From assembly GCA_038245905.1 (NCBI GenBank), contig JBBRRY010000029.1, positions 1 to 50,848 on the forward strand: a DNA stretch of 50,848 nt. The letters are read 5' to 3'. Origin of the DNA: Thermoanaerobaculia bacterium (GTDB lineage Bacteria > Acidobacteriota > Thermoanaerobaculia > UBA5066). Position 1 is the first letter of the stretch. The number at the start of each line of letters is the position of its first letter. Under the pieces are notes generated by a model, which worked only from the letters and a program-made list of their open reading frames with translations, was not told the DNA's origin and made no database searches. Both the position numbers and the translations under genes were made by a program. Shown here one piece after another: positions 40,095 through 49,606 of this stretch.

Positions 40095-41443
40095 GACTTT
40101 CCCTCTTCCCGGAGCAGGTCCGGGTTCCAGGCCCGGGAGGCGGTCCACGCGCGCGCCGAGAAGAACGCGGACAACGCACGGCCGACGAGCGGTGTCCGTG
40201 TCCGCGCCCAGAAGGAGTCCACGAGGCGCGCCACTTCGGGCGGGGCCGAAGCAGGCGCGGCGAGCCGCGCGAGCGAGAGCATTCCCACAGGGGCTTCGTT
40301 TCGGACCTTCTCCCACGGCTCACGAAGTCCCGACTCCTCCGCCGGCGGAAGCGGCGTCACGCCGGAGAGCGCGAGGCGTCCCGCCACCACCGCGAAGAGG
40401 AGCGGCAGGTCGCGCAGCACCGGAATCGCCGTCTCGAACTGAAACGTCGAGAACGACCTGCGTCCGCCTTCCGGCGCATTTCCCGCGAGCGTGACGGGAC
40501 GCCGGGCGTGGCCCGCGTTCGCGATCGCGCTCCAGAGTGCGGCCACGGGCCACAGCGGAAGTGAGAGCGCCAAGGCGACGAGGCCGAGGCCCCGGTTCGA
40601 AGACGAGGAGGCGTCCCGCGCCGCAGCCGGCAGCCGGTCGGTGAGAAGGCTCGTGGCGCCCGTCGACGCGTCGACGACGAGATTGCCCGAGACGACAGCG
40701 TTCTCGAGCGCGACGCCGGGCGGAATCGCGGTCCTGGGAAGAACACTCACCGCCGAAAGGCGCGCCCCCGAAAGAACGACGGCTTCTTCCGCCACGGTCG
40801 TGCCCGCCTCGAGCGCCGTCGAACCCTCCACCGTGGCCCTGTCCGAGAGCGAGGGCGACGGGCCGGCGGCGGCGCGGTCGGCGCGGTGGTACGAGGCAAC
40901 GTCGGTCAGGAGGATCGGTCCCTCGGCGAGCGGAAGCGCCGCGTAGACCTCATCCGCCGTCCACTCGGCCGCACCGGGCTCGCGCGGGAAGTCCTTCTTC
41001 TTGAGAGCGCCCGGCAAAAGACGCCAGAGGCCGGCCGGGCGTCCGCCCAGGAGTCCTTCGACAACCGGCCCGCGGGTGTCGTCCACCTTTCGGAGAAACT
41101 CGCCGAGGGCGGCATGGACGCCGACGTCGCCGCGCACGACGATCGTCTCGCCGTCCAGCCGGGGCTCGAGACGGCGCAGGACGTCGCCCGTCGTCTCGCC
41201 GTCTTCCCGCCGTACGATCTCGAGCGCGATGCCCCAGCGAATGCCCTTGCCGAACCGGCGCTCGATCTCGGGCGCGCGCGGGCCGACGACGAGGAGCGCC
41301 GAGCGGCGGCCCGCGCGAACGAGCGCCTCGAGCGCGTGCTCGAGCACGGGCACGCCCGCGAGCGGGAGGAGAGCGGGCACGATCCGCGCCCCGAGCGGGC
41401 CGAATGCCGCGCCGTCGCGATCGGCGAAGAGGACGGTGCTCAT
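40091..41443 (-). CDS. Fusion of degenerate sugar-1-phosphate nucleotidyltransferase, short LbH-like and degenerate phosphoglycosyltransferase domains
   Basis: VLFADRDG..PL..PALLPLAGVPVLEH resembles the NTP_transferase N-terminus; TM helix; LRDLPLLFAVVAGRLALSGVTP resembles the bacterial sugar transferase LDELPQL..V..G.MSLVGPRP motif. Confidence 0.65.
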   Translation of the reverse strand: MSTVLFADRDGAAFGPLGARIVPALLPLAGVPVLEHALEALVRAGRRSALLVVGPRAPEIERRFGKGIRWGIALEIVRREDGETTGDVLRRLEPRLDGETIVVRGDVGVHAALGEFLRKVDDTRGPVVEGLLGGRPAGLWRLLPGALKKKDFPREPGAAEWTADEVYAALPLAEGPILLTDVASYHRADRAAAGPSPSLSDRATVEGSTALEAGTTVAEEAVVLSGARLSAVSVLPRTAIPPGVALENAVVSGNLVVDASTGATSLLTDRLPAAARDASSSSNRGLGLVALALSLPLWPVAALWSAIANAGHARRPVTLAGNAPEGGRRSFSTFQFETAIPVLRDLPLLFAVVAGRLALSGVTPLPPAEESGLREPWEKVRNEAPVGMLSLARLAAPASAPPEVARLVDSFWARTRTPLVGRALSAFFSARAWTASRAWNPDLLREEGKS

Positions 41444-41453
41444 GGGACAGGGA

Positions 41454-43001
41454 TTATGGGACGAAGGCCCTGAGACCGGTGGCGCGGCCCGCCCGCGCGT
41501 TCACGTCGGCCGTAATCTCGCGCGCATGCACCGTCAGCCAGGCCCGTACTTCGGCCGGCGGCACCGCCGCGTTCTCTCGATACGCCCAGCACTCGATGCG
41601 CCCTCCGGGACGCGCCCAGGATCGCTCGCCCGCCTCGTCCGCGATCGAGGCCGCACTCACGCCGTCCCAGGACAGACCCGTGCGAAAAAGACGGAATTCG
41701 AGCCCCTCGGGCTCGTCGCTCCGGAAGGCCGGCTTCCCCGGCGCCACGGACGCAAGTGTCGGCGCGAGCTGGTCCGCGAGCTCCCGCGCGCCGGTCCGGT
41801 GCGTGAGGAGATCGTGACGTATCTGGCGTGCCGCCTCGATCCCGCCCCAGGCGAGGAGGACGAACAGGAGGCCCTTCACGATGCGGGCCGGATGCGGAGA
41901 CGTCCGCTCGCGCGCCGCGAACATGAGCCACGTGCCGCCCAGCCCGGTGAAAGCGGCCAGGGCGGGCAGCATCGGAATGGACGAGAGGCGGTACTTGCCC
42001 GCGACCGCGACGAGGATCACGAGCTCCACGACACACGCTCCCCAGAGGACGCCGTGCGCGAGACGGCGCTCGCCTCCGGTCGCCCCGGACGCGATCTCCG
42101 CATCGCGGACGGTTCGGCCGAGGAACACGACGCCGAGGGCCACCAGCGGCAGGAAGAAGAAAAGCGAGCGCACGAGCGTCCCCACGTCCGCCCCGAACGC
42201 GGTCGGAAGGGCTGCCGCACGAGACGCGGCCTCGGAGGCTCCGAACGACGTCGCGAGGTCGAAGGAGAAGGCCTCGCGCCGGAAGAGAAAGACCGCGAAG
42301 AGGTGGGAGAACCCGACGGCAACGAACGCGACGGAGAGGAACGTGAGGGAACGCTTCGTGCGGCCGAGACCGAAGAGACGCGGCCGCGCGAGGAGCGCGA
42401 GAAGAAGCGGAATCAGGTAGAGCCCGACGGCGTAGCCCTTCGTGAGGAACCCGAGGCCGAAGAAGACTCCCGAAACGGCGCCCTCGAACGGAATGTCCTC
42501 CTCGAACGCCCGGAGACCGAAGATGATGCCGGCGAGGCCCAGCGCGACGAGCGTGGGCTCCACGGTGGCCGCACGGGACGCGGCGACGAGCGGGGGAAAC
42601 AGGGCCGCGAAGGCGCCCGCGAGGTGCCCCGCGGGCTGGCCCCAGCCGCGCCGGATGACGCGCTCGAGCACCAACGCGCCGACGAGCCCGAGGATCGCCG
42701 ACGGCAGGCGTACCGCCCATTCCTCGGCGCCGAAGACGCGCACCATCGCGGACAGGACCCAGGGAAAGAGAATCGGCGTCCCGGACGCCGGGCCCATCGG
42801 CGTCGCCGAGAGACCTAGAAACTGGTCCGATCCTCCCGCGAGGATGTTGCGCGCGCCGATCGCCCAGCGCCCTTCGTCGGCGCCGAAGAGATCCGGCTGA
42901 CCGAGGAGGACGAGCCTGAGCAGGGCGCCCGCCGCGAGCGCAATCGCGAAAAGGATGCGCCCGGACGCTTCAGGATCATCGGAACGGCGGCCGGACGTCA
43001 C
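41454..43001 (-). CDS. ArnT/PMT-like GT-C glycosyltransferase
   Basis: ADEGRW, P.LFPW, EWAVRLPSA, LGFLTKG, multiple TM helices. Start placed at GTG 43001 behind a TATACT box; ATG 43058 is also possible. Confidence 0.8.
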   Translation of the reverse strand: MTSGRRSDDPEASGRILFAIALAAGALLRLVLLGQPDLFGADEGRWAIGARNILAGGSDQFLGLSATPMGPASGTPILFPWVLSAMVRVFGAEEWAVRLPSAILGLVGALVLERVIRRGWGQPAGHLAGAFAALFPPLVAASRAATVEPTLVALGLAGIIFGLRAFEEDIPFEGAVSGVFFGLGFLTKGYAVGLYLIPLLLALLARPRLFGLGRTKRSLTFLSVAFVAVGFSHLFAVFLFRREAFSFDLATSFGASEAASRAAALPTAFGADVGTLVRSLFFFLPLVALGVVFLGRTVRDAEIASGATGGERRLAHGVLWGACVVELVILVAVAGKYRLSSIPMLPALAAFTGLGGTWLMFAARERTSPHPARIVKGLLFVLLAWGGIEAARQIRHDLLTHRTGARELADQLAPTLASVAPGKPAFRSDEPEGLEFRLFRTGLSWDGVSAASIADEAGERSWARPGGRIECWAYRENAAVPPAEVRAWLTVHAREITADVNARAGRATGLRAFVP

Positions 43002-43069
43002 GGGCGAGGAGTATACGGAGGCTCGGCTCAGGCTTCTCTCTCCGGCGTCGCGGTTCATACTTCAACACG

Positions 43070-43930
43070 ATGGCGGCCCCCGGACAGCCTCTCCTCAGCG
43101 TCACGCTCATCGCCCGCGATGAGGAGGACCGCCTGCCGGACGCTCTCGCGTCGGTCGCCTTCGCGGACGAGCACATCGTCGTCGTGGACTCCGCCACCAC
43201 CGACCGGACCGAGGAGATCGCGCGTGAGGCTGGAGCGCTGGTCCTCGTGAGGAACTTCGACGGCTTCGGCCAGCAGAAGAACGCCGCGGCCGCACTCGCG
43301 AGCAATCGGTGGATCCTGTCCATCGACGCCGACGAGATCGTCTCGCCGAGGCTTGCCGTCGAGATCCGCGCGTGCCTCGCGGCGGCGGCTTCCGAGGCCT
43401 CGCCTCCCGCGGCCTTCCGGGTGCCCATCCGCCTCGAGTTCCTGGGGCGCGAGCTCCGGTTCGGGCGCGATACGGTCGTCAGGCCCGCGCGCCTCTACGA
43501 TCGCACGCGCGCGCATTTCTCGGACGAGCCCGTCCACGAGAAGATTCTCGCGACGGGCCGCGTCGAGTCCCTCCATGAATCGGTCCTTCACCGCTCCTAT
43601 CGCGACCTCGCGCACTATCTCGAGAAGCTCGACCGGTATACGACGCTCGCGTCCGAGGCGAAGTGGGCCGCCGGGAAGGGCGGCGGCGGATTCCTGCCGG
43701 CGCGCTTCCTCTGGGAGTTCTTCGACCGCTCGTTCCTTCGCCTCGGCTTCCTCGACGGCTCGGCTGGGCTCACGTTCGCGGCCCTCTCGTCGACGAACAC
43801 GCTCCTGAAGTACCTCAAGCTCCGCGAGCTCCAGCGAGCGATCGCACGCGGCGAACGCACGCCGCCCCAGAACGTGCGGATCGAAGATACCGCGGCGCTC
43901 CAGGTCCGCGCGCTCATCGGACGCCGGTGA
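43070..43930 (+). CDS. GT2 glycosyltransferase (WaaE/KdtX-like)
   Basis: LSVTLIARDEE, VVDSATTDRT, GFGQQKN, IDADE, VHE, KLDRYT, LGFLDG. Confidence 0.88.
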   Translation: MAAPGQPLLSVTLIARDEEDRLPDALASVAFADEHIVVVDSATTDRTEEIAREAGALVLVRNFDGFGQQKNAAAALASNRWILSIDADEIVSPRLAVEIRACLAAAASEASPPAAFRVPIRLEFLGRELRFGRDTVVRPARLYDRTRAHFSDEPVHEKILATGRVESLHESVLHRSYRDLAHYLEKLDRYTTLASEAKWAAGKGGGGFLPARFLWEFFDRSFLRLGFLDGSAGLTFAALSSTNTLLKYLKLRELQRAIARGERTPPQNVRIEDTAALQVRALIGRR

Positions 43931-43937
43931 CGGCCCC

Positions 43938-44732
43938 GTGAACGGCGCCCTCCTCGCGGCGGTCTCTCTCGGGGCGGCCGTCCTCGGCTTCTCGTTGCGC
44001 TTCAACTGGTGGCGCCCGAAGAAACCCGGCACTCCGATCCTCATGCACCACCAGGTCGGACCGCACCGGCCCGGCTCGCCCCTTAATCGGTGGCGCGTGA
44101 AGGAGCGGGATTTCGACTGGCAGCTCGGCACCCTTCAGCGACTCGGCTACCGGGGCGTGGCGCTCTCAGACCTCTTCGACTCGCCGGAGCGGGGCTCGAC
44201 GGCTACGCGGCGCGTCGTCCTCACGTTCGACGACGGCTATCGCGGTATCAAGGAACGCGCGCTTCCCGCGCTCCTTTCACGCGGCTTCACGGCGACGGTC
44301 TTCGTCGTTGCGGACCGCATCGGCGGCGTGAACGATTGGGACGGCGAGACTCCCCCAGAACCGCTCCTCACGGCGGACGAGATCCGCGAGATGCATGGAG
44401 CCGGAATCGAGATCGGATCCCACGGAGCCACGCATCGCGCGCTCACCGGGCTCGACGACGCGGACCTCGCACGCGAAGTCGCGGGCAGCAGGGAGACCAT
44501 CGAACGGATCACGGGAGCCCCCGTGACGTCTTTTTGCTATCCCTACGGCAACTTCGACGACCGCGTCGTCGAGGCGGTCAGGGCCGCGGGCTACCGTGCG
44601 GCCACCGTGATCCGCGGCGGCATCTCGAAGGATCTCAGCGACCCCTTCCGCCTGAAACGCGTCGCCGTGCGCGGCACGCACACGCGCCTCGACTTCCTCC
44701 TCGCACTCACGCGCGGGCGGTCGCGGCTATAG
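43938..44732 (+). CDS. CE4/NodB polysaccharide deacetylase with N-terminal anchor
   Basis: ILMHHQV, LTFDDGY, IGSHGATH, FCYPYG. Confidence 0.9.
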   Translation: MNGALLAAVSLGAAVLGFSLRFNWWRPKKPGTPILMHHQVGPHRPGSPLNRWRVKERDFDWQLGTLQRLGYRGVALSDLFDSPERGSTATRRVVLTFDDGYRGIKERALPALLSRGFTATVFVVADRIGGVNDWDGETPPEPLLTADEIREMHGAGIEIGSHGATHRALTGLDDADLAREVAGSRETIERITGAPVTSFCYPYGNFDDRVVEAVRAAGYRAATVIRGGISKDLSDPFRLKRVAVRGTHTRLDFLLALTRGRSRL

Positions 44733-44753
44733 CCCGCGAGCGTCCGTCCGCTT

Positions 44754-45947
44754 TCAGACGTTCGCGCTCCACGCGATCGCGCGCTGCCGGAGGGCTTCGC
44801 GCGGCGCGATGTCCGGAAGGTCGAGAAGCACGGGAACGATGGGAAGGTCGCCCGGATCCCAGTCCACGAGCGCCGCGACGGCCGGCGCGAGGCGCTCGGC
44901 GAGCGGCCAGCTCCGCGCCGACTTCCGCGCGAGCCGCGCCGTCGCCGCGAGGTCCGCCGCCGATTCCCCCCCGTCGCCGAAGAGCTCCGCCACGGCAGCG
45001 CCGCTCCGCCTCCTCGCCAGCGCGATCGCGTACTCCGTCCAGTTCGGCAAGGGCACGCCGAGCCGCTCCTCCTCGAACAGCCGGAGAACTTCCATGAACC
45101 GGTCTCCCGCGCGCGCCACCTGGCGGCGCGCGTCTGGAGTCTCGGCATTTTCCGGGACGCCGAGCGCGAGCGCGGCCGCGTGGTGCCGTTCGACGAGGTC
45201 CCGAAAGCGGGTCCAGTTCATCTGGGCGTGAAAGCCGGTCCGGCGCGGACCATCAGGGCCGGTCGACGCGAGCGCGCGAAGGGCTTCCTCGCGCGCGAGG
45301 GTCCCCGGCGTCCAGCCGCCTGCCGATAGGAGCACGACGGCCCCGAGCGCGAGGTCGGCGGCGCGGACCGTCCGGAGGGCCTCCCGCGCGCGGGCGCCCG
45401 TCGGCGAGCGATCCACAAGGCGCTCGGCAAGGAGAAGGTGCGCGCCCGTCTTCGCGAGAAGGCGCAAGCCCTCGGTGCGGTCGGGCGCGCCGCGAAAGAC
45501 CTCGGCGTACGGCGGGAGAATCGTGACCGGCCCCGCGACGACGCGCCGCGCCGCGACGAGCTCCATATTCCAGAACGTGGGCGGCAGGAGACGCAGGCCC
45601 CGCCGCGCGACGGCCGCGACAGAAACTTCCACCCGGCGGCTCTTCGCCGTCTCGAGTGCGGCCTTCATGAGATGCCGCTCGAGGGCAGGGACGTCGCGGA
45701 CGGGCGCGTCGACCACCGCGAGCAGCTCGAACCGGTCGCCGGGATGACCCGTGCCGTCGCGCGAGAGCACGGTCGTCCCTTCCCCGAGCCCGAGCGCTCC
45801 GCCGAGGGCCGCTCCAGCCCAAACGTCCCCGGCGGCGTCCGCGAGCGCGGAGACGAGCGAGCGCACCGCCTCTGCCGCGCGCGCTTCGGCGCCGGCGTCC
45901 CGCGCCCCCGTGAAGGGCCGGCCCGCTTCGCCCGTATCAGTCGCCAC
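44754..45947 (-). CDS. Hypothetical protein, degenerate Pol-beta-type nucleotidyltransferase-like fold
   Basis: LGGALGLGEG..GDRFELLAVV resembles hG[GS]..RGEG..D.Dh, with the catalytic DxD altered; helical C-terminus; start uncertain. Confidence 0.55.
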   Translation of the reverse strand: MATDTGEAGRPFTGARDAGAEARAAEAVRSLVSALADAAGDVWAGAALGGALGLGEGTTVLSRDGTGHPGDRFELLAVVDAPVRDVPALERHLMKAALETAKSRRVEVSVAAVARRGLRLLPPTFWNMELVAARRVVAGPVTILPPYAEVFRGAPDRTEGLRLLAKTGAHLLLAERLVDRSPTGARAREALRTVRAADLALGAVVLLSAGGWTPGTLAREEALRALASTGPDGPRRTGFHAQMNWTRFRDLVERHHAAALALGVPENAETPDARRQVARAGDRFMEVLRLFEEERLGVPLPNWTEYAIALARRRSGAAVAELFGDGGESAADLAATARLARKSARSWPLAERLAPAVAALVDWDPGDLPIVPVLLDLPDIAPREALRQRAIAWSANV

Positions 45948-45969
45948 GGCGTTCGGAGAGAATAGCCGA

Positions 45970-46770
45970 ATGCCGCCGCCTTCGGTCCTCCGGGCCACGC
46001 TCGAGTACGACGGGGGTCATTACCGCGGTTGGCAGGCGCAGATCAACGCCCGCACGGTGCAAGGCGAGCTCGTGCGCGCCTGCAAGCAGGTGCTCGGAGC
46101 GGACGTCCGGATCAACGGCGCGGGCCGCACGGACGCGGGCGTCCACGCCTTCGCGCAGGTCGCGTCACTACATGGCGTCCGCGTGAAGGCGGCAGACCTC
46201 GGCAAGGTGAGACAGGACCTGAACGACCTGCTCCCACCCGACATCAACGTGCTCAGGCTGGCCGTGGCCGCGCCTTCGTTCCACGCGCGCCATTCCGCCC
46301 AGGAGCGCATCTACCGCTACCGCATCTCGCGCAGGCGGACGGCGTTCGGCAAACGCTTCGTCTACTGGGTGAAGGACCGCCTCGATGCGTCGGCCATGCA
46401 GGCGGCGGCGGACCTCTTCGTCGGCCGGCACGATTTTGCGAGCTTCGCGGAGAACGCCGAGGGCCACGACTCCACGCTCGTGGAGGTCGCGTTCGCACGC
46501 GTCGAAACGCCGCCCGACGCGCCCGATCTCATCTTCTTTCGCATCGGCGCCTCGCACTTCCTCTGGAAGATGGTGCGGCGGCTCACCGGCACGCTCCTCG
46601 AGGTGGGGCGGGGGCGGCTCGACGCGGCGGGCGTCCGCGCGCTCCTCGAGAGCCGCTCCGGAAAGCCGGCCGAATGGACCGCCCCCCCCTCCGGCCTCTT
46701 CCTCGAATCGGTCGCGTATCCGGGCGATCCCCCGCCTCCGGCAATCGATCCCTTCCGTCCCGGGTTCTGA
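45970..46770 (+). CDS. truA: tRNA pseudouridine(38-40) synthase
   Basis: LEYDG..YRGWQ, GAGRTDAGVHA, FHARHSA..R.Y.Y, GRHDFASF, FLWKMVR, TAPPSGLFL. Confidence 0.96.
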   Translation: MPPPSVLRATLEYDGGHYRGWQAQINARTVQGELVRACKQVLGADVRINGAGRTDAGVHAFAQVASLHGVRVKAADLGKVRQDLNDLLPPDINVLRLAVAAPSFHARHSAQERIYRYRISRRRTAFGKRFVYWVKDRLDASAMQAAADLFVGRHDFASFAENAEGHDSTLVEVAFARVETPPDAPDLIFFRIGASHFLWKMVRRLTGTLLEVGRGRLDAAGVRALLESRSGKPAEWTAPPSGLFLESVAYPGDPPPPAIDPFRPGF

Positions 46771-46855
46771 CGGGGAATAAAGAAGAAGAGAATTTTCTTA
46801 GGAAGAGAAGAGAAAGAGTAAGAGAAGATTTCTCAGAAGGGTATTAAGGAGAAGG
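46771..46855. repeat. Intergenic purine-rich tract carrying two copies of a dispersed ATTT(T)CT(T/C)A motif
   Basis: AGAAGAAGAGAATTTTCTTAGGAAG and GAGAAGATTTCTCAGAAGGG; related copies at 69-97, 24751-24780 and 26301-26340. Confidence 0.55.
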
Positions 46856-46857
46856 TC

Positions 46858-48177
46858 TTGACACTTCCCGTTCTCGTCGTTGCGGTCGCCGCCGCGCTTG
46901 CAGCTTCACCGTCGGCACCGGCCCAGGCCAAGCCCTCGAGCCCCCACGTCCCGTTCATCGAGGGCAAGCCCTTCGCCGAGGTCCTCCGCCGCGCGAAGGC
47001 CGAGAGCAAGCCCATCATGCTCGACGTCGTGGCTTCGTGGTGCGGTCCGTGCAAGATCATGGACATGACGACGTTTTCCGACGCCAGCGTCGTCGACTGG
47101 GTTAGGAAGACCGTCATCCCCGCGCGCGTCGACGCGGAAAAGGGCGAAGGACGGCGCATCTCTGCGCGCTATCAGGCCTACTCGTTTCCGACGGTGGTCT
47201 TCCTCGACGGCGACGGAAACGAGATCGACCGTCTCGTGGGTGGATATGGGGCCGTCGAGTTTCAGCGCGGCTCCGAAGCCCTTCTCGCCGGACGGACCCA
47301 GCTCCTCACGAAGCTCGCGAGGCTGAAGGCGGCCTGGAACGCCGACGAAGCGCTCGCGGTTGCGAACGCCCTCGCCGCGCGGCGCGACCTCTCGCGCCTC
47401 CGCCCGATTGCGCTCCGTATCGTCGGCGACGAAGGCGATCTCGGCCGCCCCGAGATCTTCCAGCTCTTCACGCAGCTCGTTGCAGTCGAGGCGCTCGACA
47501 ACGACAATTCCGCCGAGACCGGCGATCTCATCGCGACCTTCCTCCCCCGTCTCGGGAACGACCCGCGTCGCGGCTTCCTCGCCGTCGCTCTCGTGACCGG
47601 CCTCGGAAAGCGTGGAGACGTCGCGGCGGCGCGCGCCGTGACGGCGGAGACCCTCCTCGCCCTGGGTGAAGCCTCCCCTTACTCCGCCGAAGTTCTCGCG
47701 GCTCTCGGTGCCGCCGAGCGTACGGCCGGCAACGGCCCGGACGCGCTTGCGGCTTTCCGGCGAGCCGCGGCTCTCGCCGAGAAGAACGGCGCCGCCCCGG
47801 GGTCGCGTGTCGAGCGGCAGTTCGACCTCGCCGAGGCACTCGCCGCGAGCGGAAAGCCCGCCGAGGCGAAGAGGGCCTACGCCGCCGGGAGCGCTATCGG
47901 GCCGCTCGACACGCAGCTCGCCGTGCGGGCGGCGCACGTCGCGCTGGTCCTGAAGGAGACGGCCGCCGCCCTCCAGCACGCGCGCCATGCCGTCGAGTTG
48001 TCGAGCGGGGAGGACGCAAGCGCCCAGGGAGCTCTCGCAACCGTCCTCCGCGCCACCGGAGACCGCGCGGGCGCTTCCGCCGCCCTCAAGAAGGCGGCGG
48101 CTCTCGACCCCGCCAACCCCGAGTACCGCGCGGGCTCTCCCGAGGCGCCGAAGAAGAGAGCCTCCAAGGCCTCCTGA
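46858..48177 (+). CDS. Exported thioredoxin-family protein with TPR-like C-terminus
   Basis: Signal peptide; WCGPC active site; SFPTVVFLD; helical repeats; TTG start behind TAAGGAG. Confidence 0.85.
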   Translation: MTLPVLVVAVAAALAASPSAPAQAKPSSPHVPFIEGKPFAEVLRRAKAESKPIMLDVVASWCGPCKIMDMTTFSDASVVDWVRKTVIPARVDAEKGEGRRISARYQAYSFPTVVFLDGDGNEIDRLVGGYGAVEFQRGSEALLAGRTQLLTKLARLKAAWNADEALAVANALAARRDLSRLRPIALRIVGDEGDLGRPEIFQLFTQLVAVEALDNDNSAETGDLIATFLPRLGNDPRRGFLAVALVTGLGKRGDVAAARAVTAETLLALGEASPYSAEVLAALGAAERTAGNGPDALAAFRRAAALAEKNGAAPGSRVERQFDLAEALAASGKPAEAKRAYAAGSAIGPLDTQLAVRAAHVALVLKETAAALQHARHAVELSSGEDASAQGALATVLRATGDRAGASAALKKAAALDPANPEYRAGSPEAPKKRASKAS

Positions 48178-48191
48178 GAAGAGGACGCAAC

Positions 48192-49079
48192 GTGGCGCGC
48201 CGATGGTCGCCCGCGGGCATCCTTCTTTCTCCGGTCGGACTCGCTCCCGCAACCGCCTCCGTCGAGGCCTTCCGGTCCACCGCGCGAGAGGCGGTCGGTC
48301 CGGCCGGATCTGTCGAAGTCTTCACCCACGACGGGGACCCTCGGGAACCGGCGCGCCTCTCGTCCCTCTTCGCGACGCCGGGCCGGCCGGAGACGCGCGG
48401 CACGGTCCTCTTCCTGCATGGCAAGGGCGGCTGCGGCGCCGAATGGACTCCCGACACGGTGCGCGCCCTCGGCCTCGGCTTCAACGTCCTCGTGCCCGAG
48501 TTGCGCGGGCATCCGCCCTCGACAGGCGAGCGCATCACGTACGGCATCTTCGAGACGGTGGACCTGGTGCTCCTCCTCGACTTCGCCGCCACCCGGTTCG
48601 GCGTGAACCGCGCGCGCCTCGGCATCGACGGCTGTTCGATGGGCGCCCTCCTCGCACTTCACCTCGCCGCCGCCGCCCCGCCCGCCGCGCTGTGGCTGCA
48701 GGCGCCGTTCGGCGACATGAAGGAAATGGCCGCGCACTATCTGCATCGCGCCACGGGGCTGCCCGCCGTTCTCTTTTCGCTCCCCGTGCGCTTCCTCATG
48801 CAGCGCATCGCACGCACCGAGGGTCTCGACCTCTCCCAAGCGGACCCGGTGCGCGCGGCCCGGCGCGTGACGTGCCCAACGGTCGTCGTGCACGGCGAGG
48901 ACGACGGCCTCGTGCCGATCCGCTTCGCGCCACGCGTTTACAAGGCGCTCGCCGGAGAGAAGACCTTCTGGCGCGTGCCACGCTGCGGCCACTGCCACCA
49001 CGCGGACGAGCCGCAGGTCCGGGAGCGGGCGGAATACGAAAGGCGCTGGACGGAGTTCTTCCGGCCGCTCCTCGCGTGA
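48192..49079 (+). CDS. Alpha/beta hydrolase
   Basis: FLHG, ELRGH, GCSMG nucleophile, VHGEDD, CGH. Confidence 0.85.
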   Translation: MARRWSPAGILLSPVGLAPATASVEAFRSTAREAVGPAGSVEVFTHDGDPREPARLSSLFATPGRPETRGTVLFLHGKGGCGAEWTPDTVRALGLGFNVLVPELRGHPPSTGERITYGIFETVDLVLLLDFAATRFGVNRARLGIDGCSMGALLALHLAAAAPPAALWLQAPFGDMKEMAAHYLHRATGLPAVLFSLPVRFLMQRIARTEGLDLSQADPVRAARRVTCPTVVVHGEDDGLVPIRFAPRVYKALAGEKTFWRVPRCGHCHHADEPQVRERAEYERRWTEFFRPLLA

Positions 49080-49082
49080 GCG

Positions 49083-49598
49083 TCAGTCCCTCGCGCGTCC
49101 AGGCCCAAGTTGTGAGAAGCCGGCTGTGAAGGCGCCGATTCCCGCCGCCAGCCGCACGAGAAGCGTCAGGGACGAGAGCCCGTGGAGCCTGCCCCACTGC
49201 TGCCTCAAGGGATCCGTCTTCAAGACGAGATCCATGGCGCCCATCCGCTCCCGGAGCGCCATCATCTCGGGCGTGATGACGTAGAGCGACACGATCGCGG
49301 CGACGGCCGCGACGGCAAGGAGCCGCAGGGCCAGGCCTCGCGCGCGAGAAGACCAGGGCTCCGTGCGGTTCCAGAAAACGAGGCCAAGCACGAGAAGGAC
49401 GGCCGCCCCGAGCGACACGGCGTCGAGGCCGTCGAGGAGCGCCCGGTTCACGGCTCCCGCGGCGTGACGGCTCGGGGCGGTCAGGAGGACGGTGCGGGCT
49501 CCGAACCCCCCGAAGAAGGCGAGCATTCCGCACCACAGGGCCGTCACGAACAGCCACGTGCCGGCGAGAAGCGTCCTGCTTCGTTCCATGTGTTCCAT
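49083..49598 (-). CDS. DUF4149-like 4-TM membrane protein
   Basis: LWCGM..F, R..AG.V, YVITPEM, WGRLHGLSS; start 49598 or 49589. Confidence 0.7.
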   Translation of the reverse strand: MEHMERSRTLLAGTWLFVTALWCGMLAFFGGFGARTVLLTAPSRHAAGAVNRALLDGLDAVSLGAAVLLVLGLVFWNRTEPWSSRARGLALRLLAVAAVAAIVSLYVITPEMMALRERMGAMDLVLKTDPLRQQWGRLHGLSSLTLLVRLAAGIGAFTAGFSQLGPGRARD

Positions 49599-49606
49599 CC
49601 GCGCGC

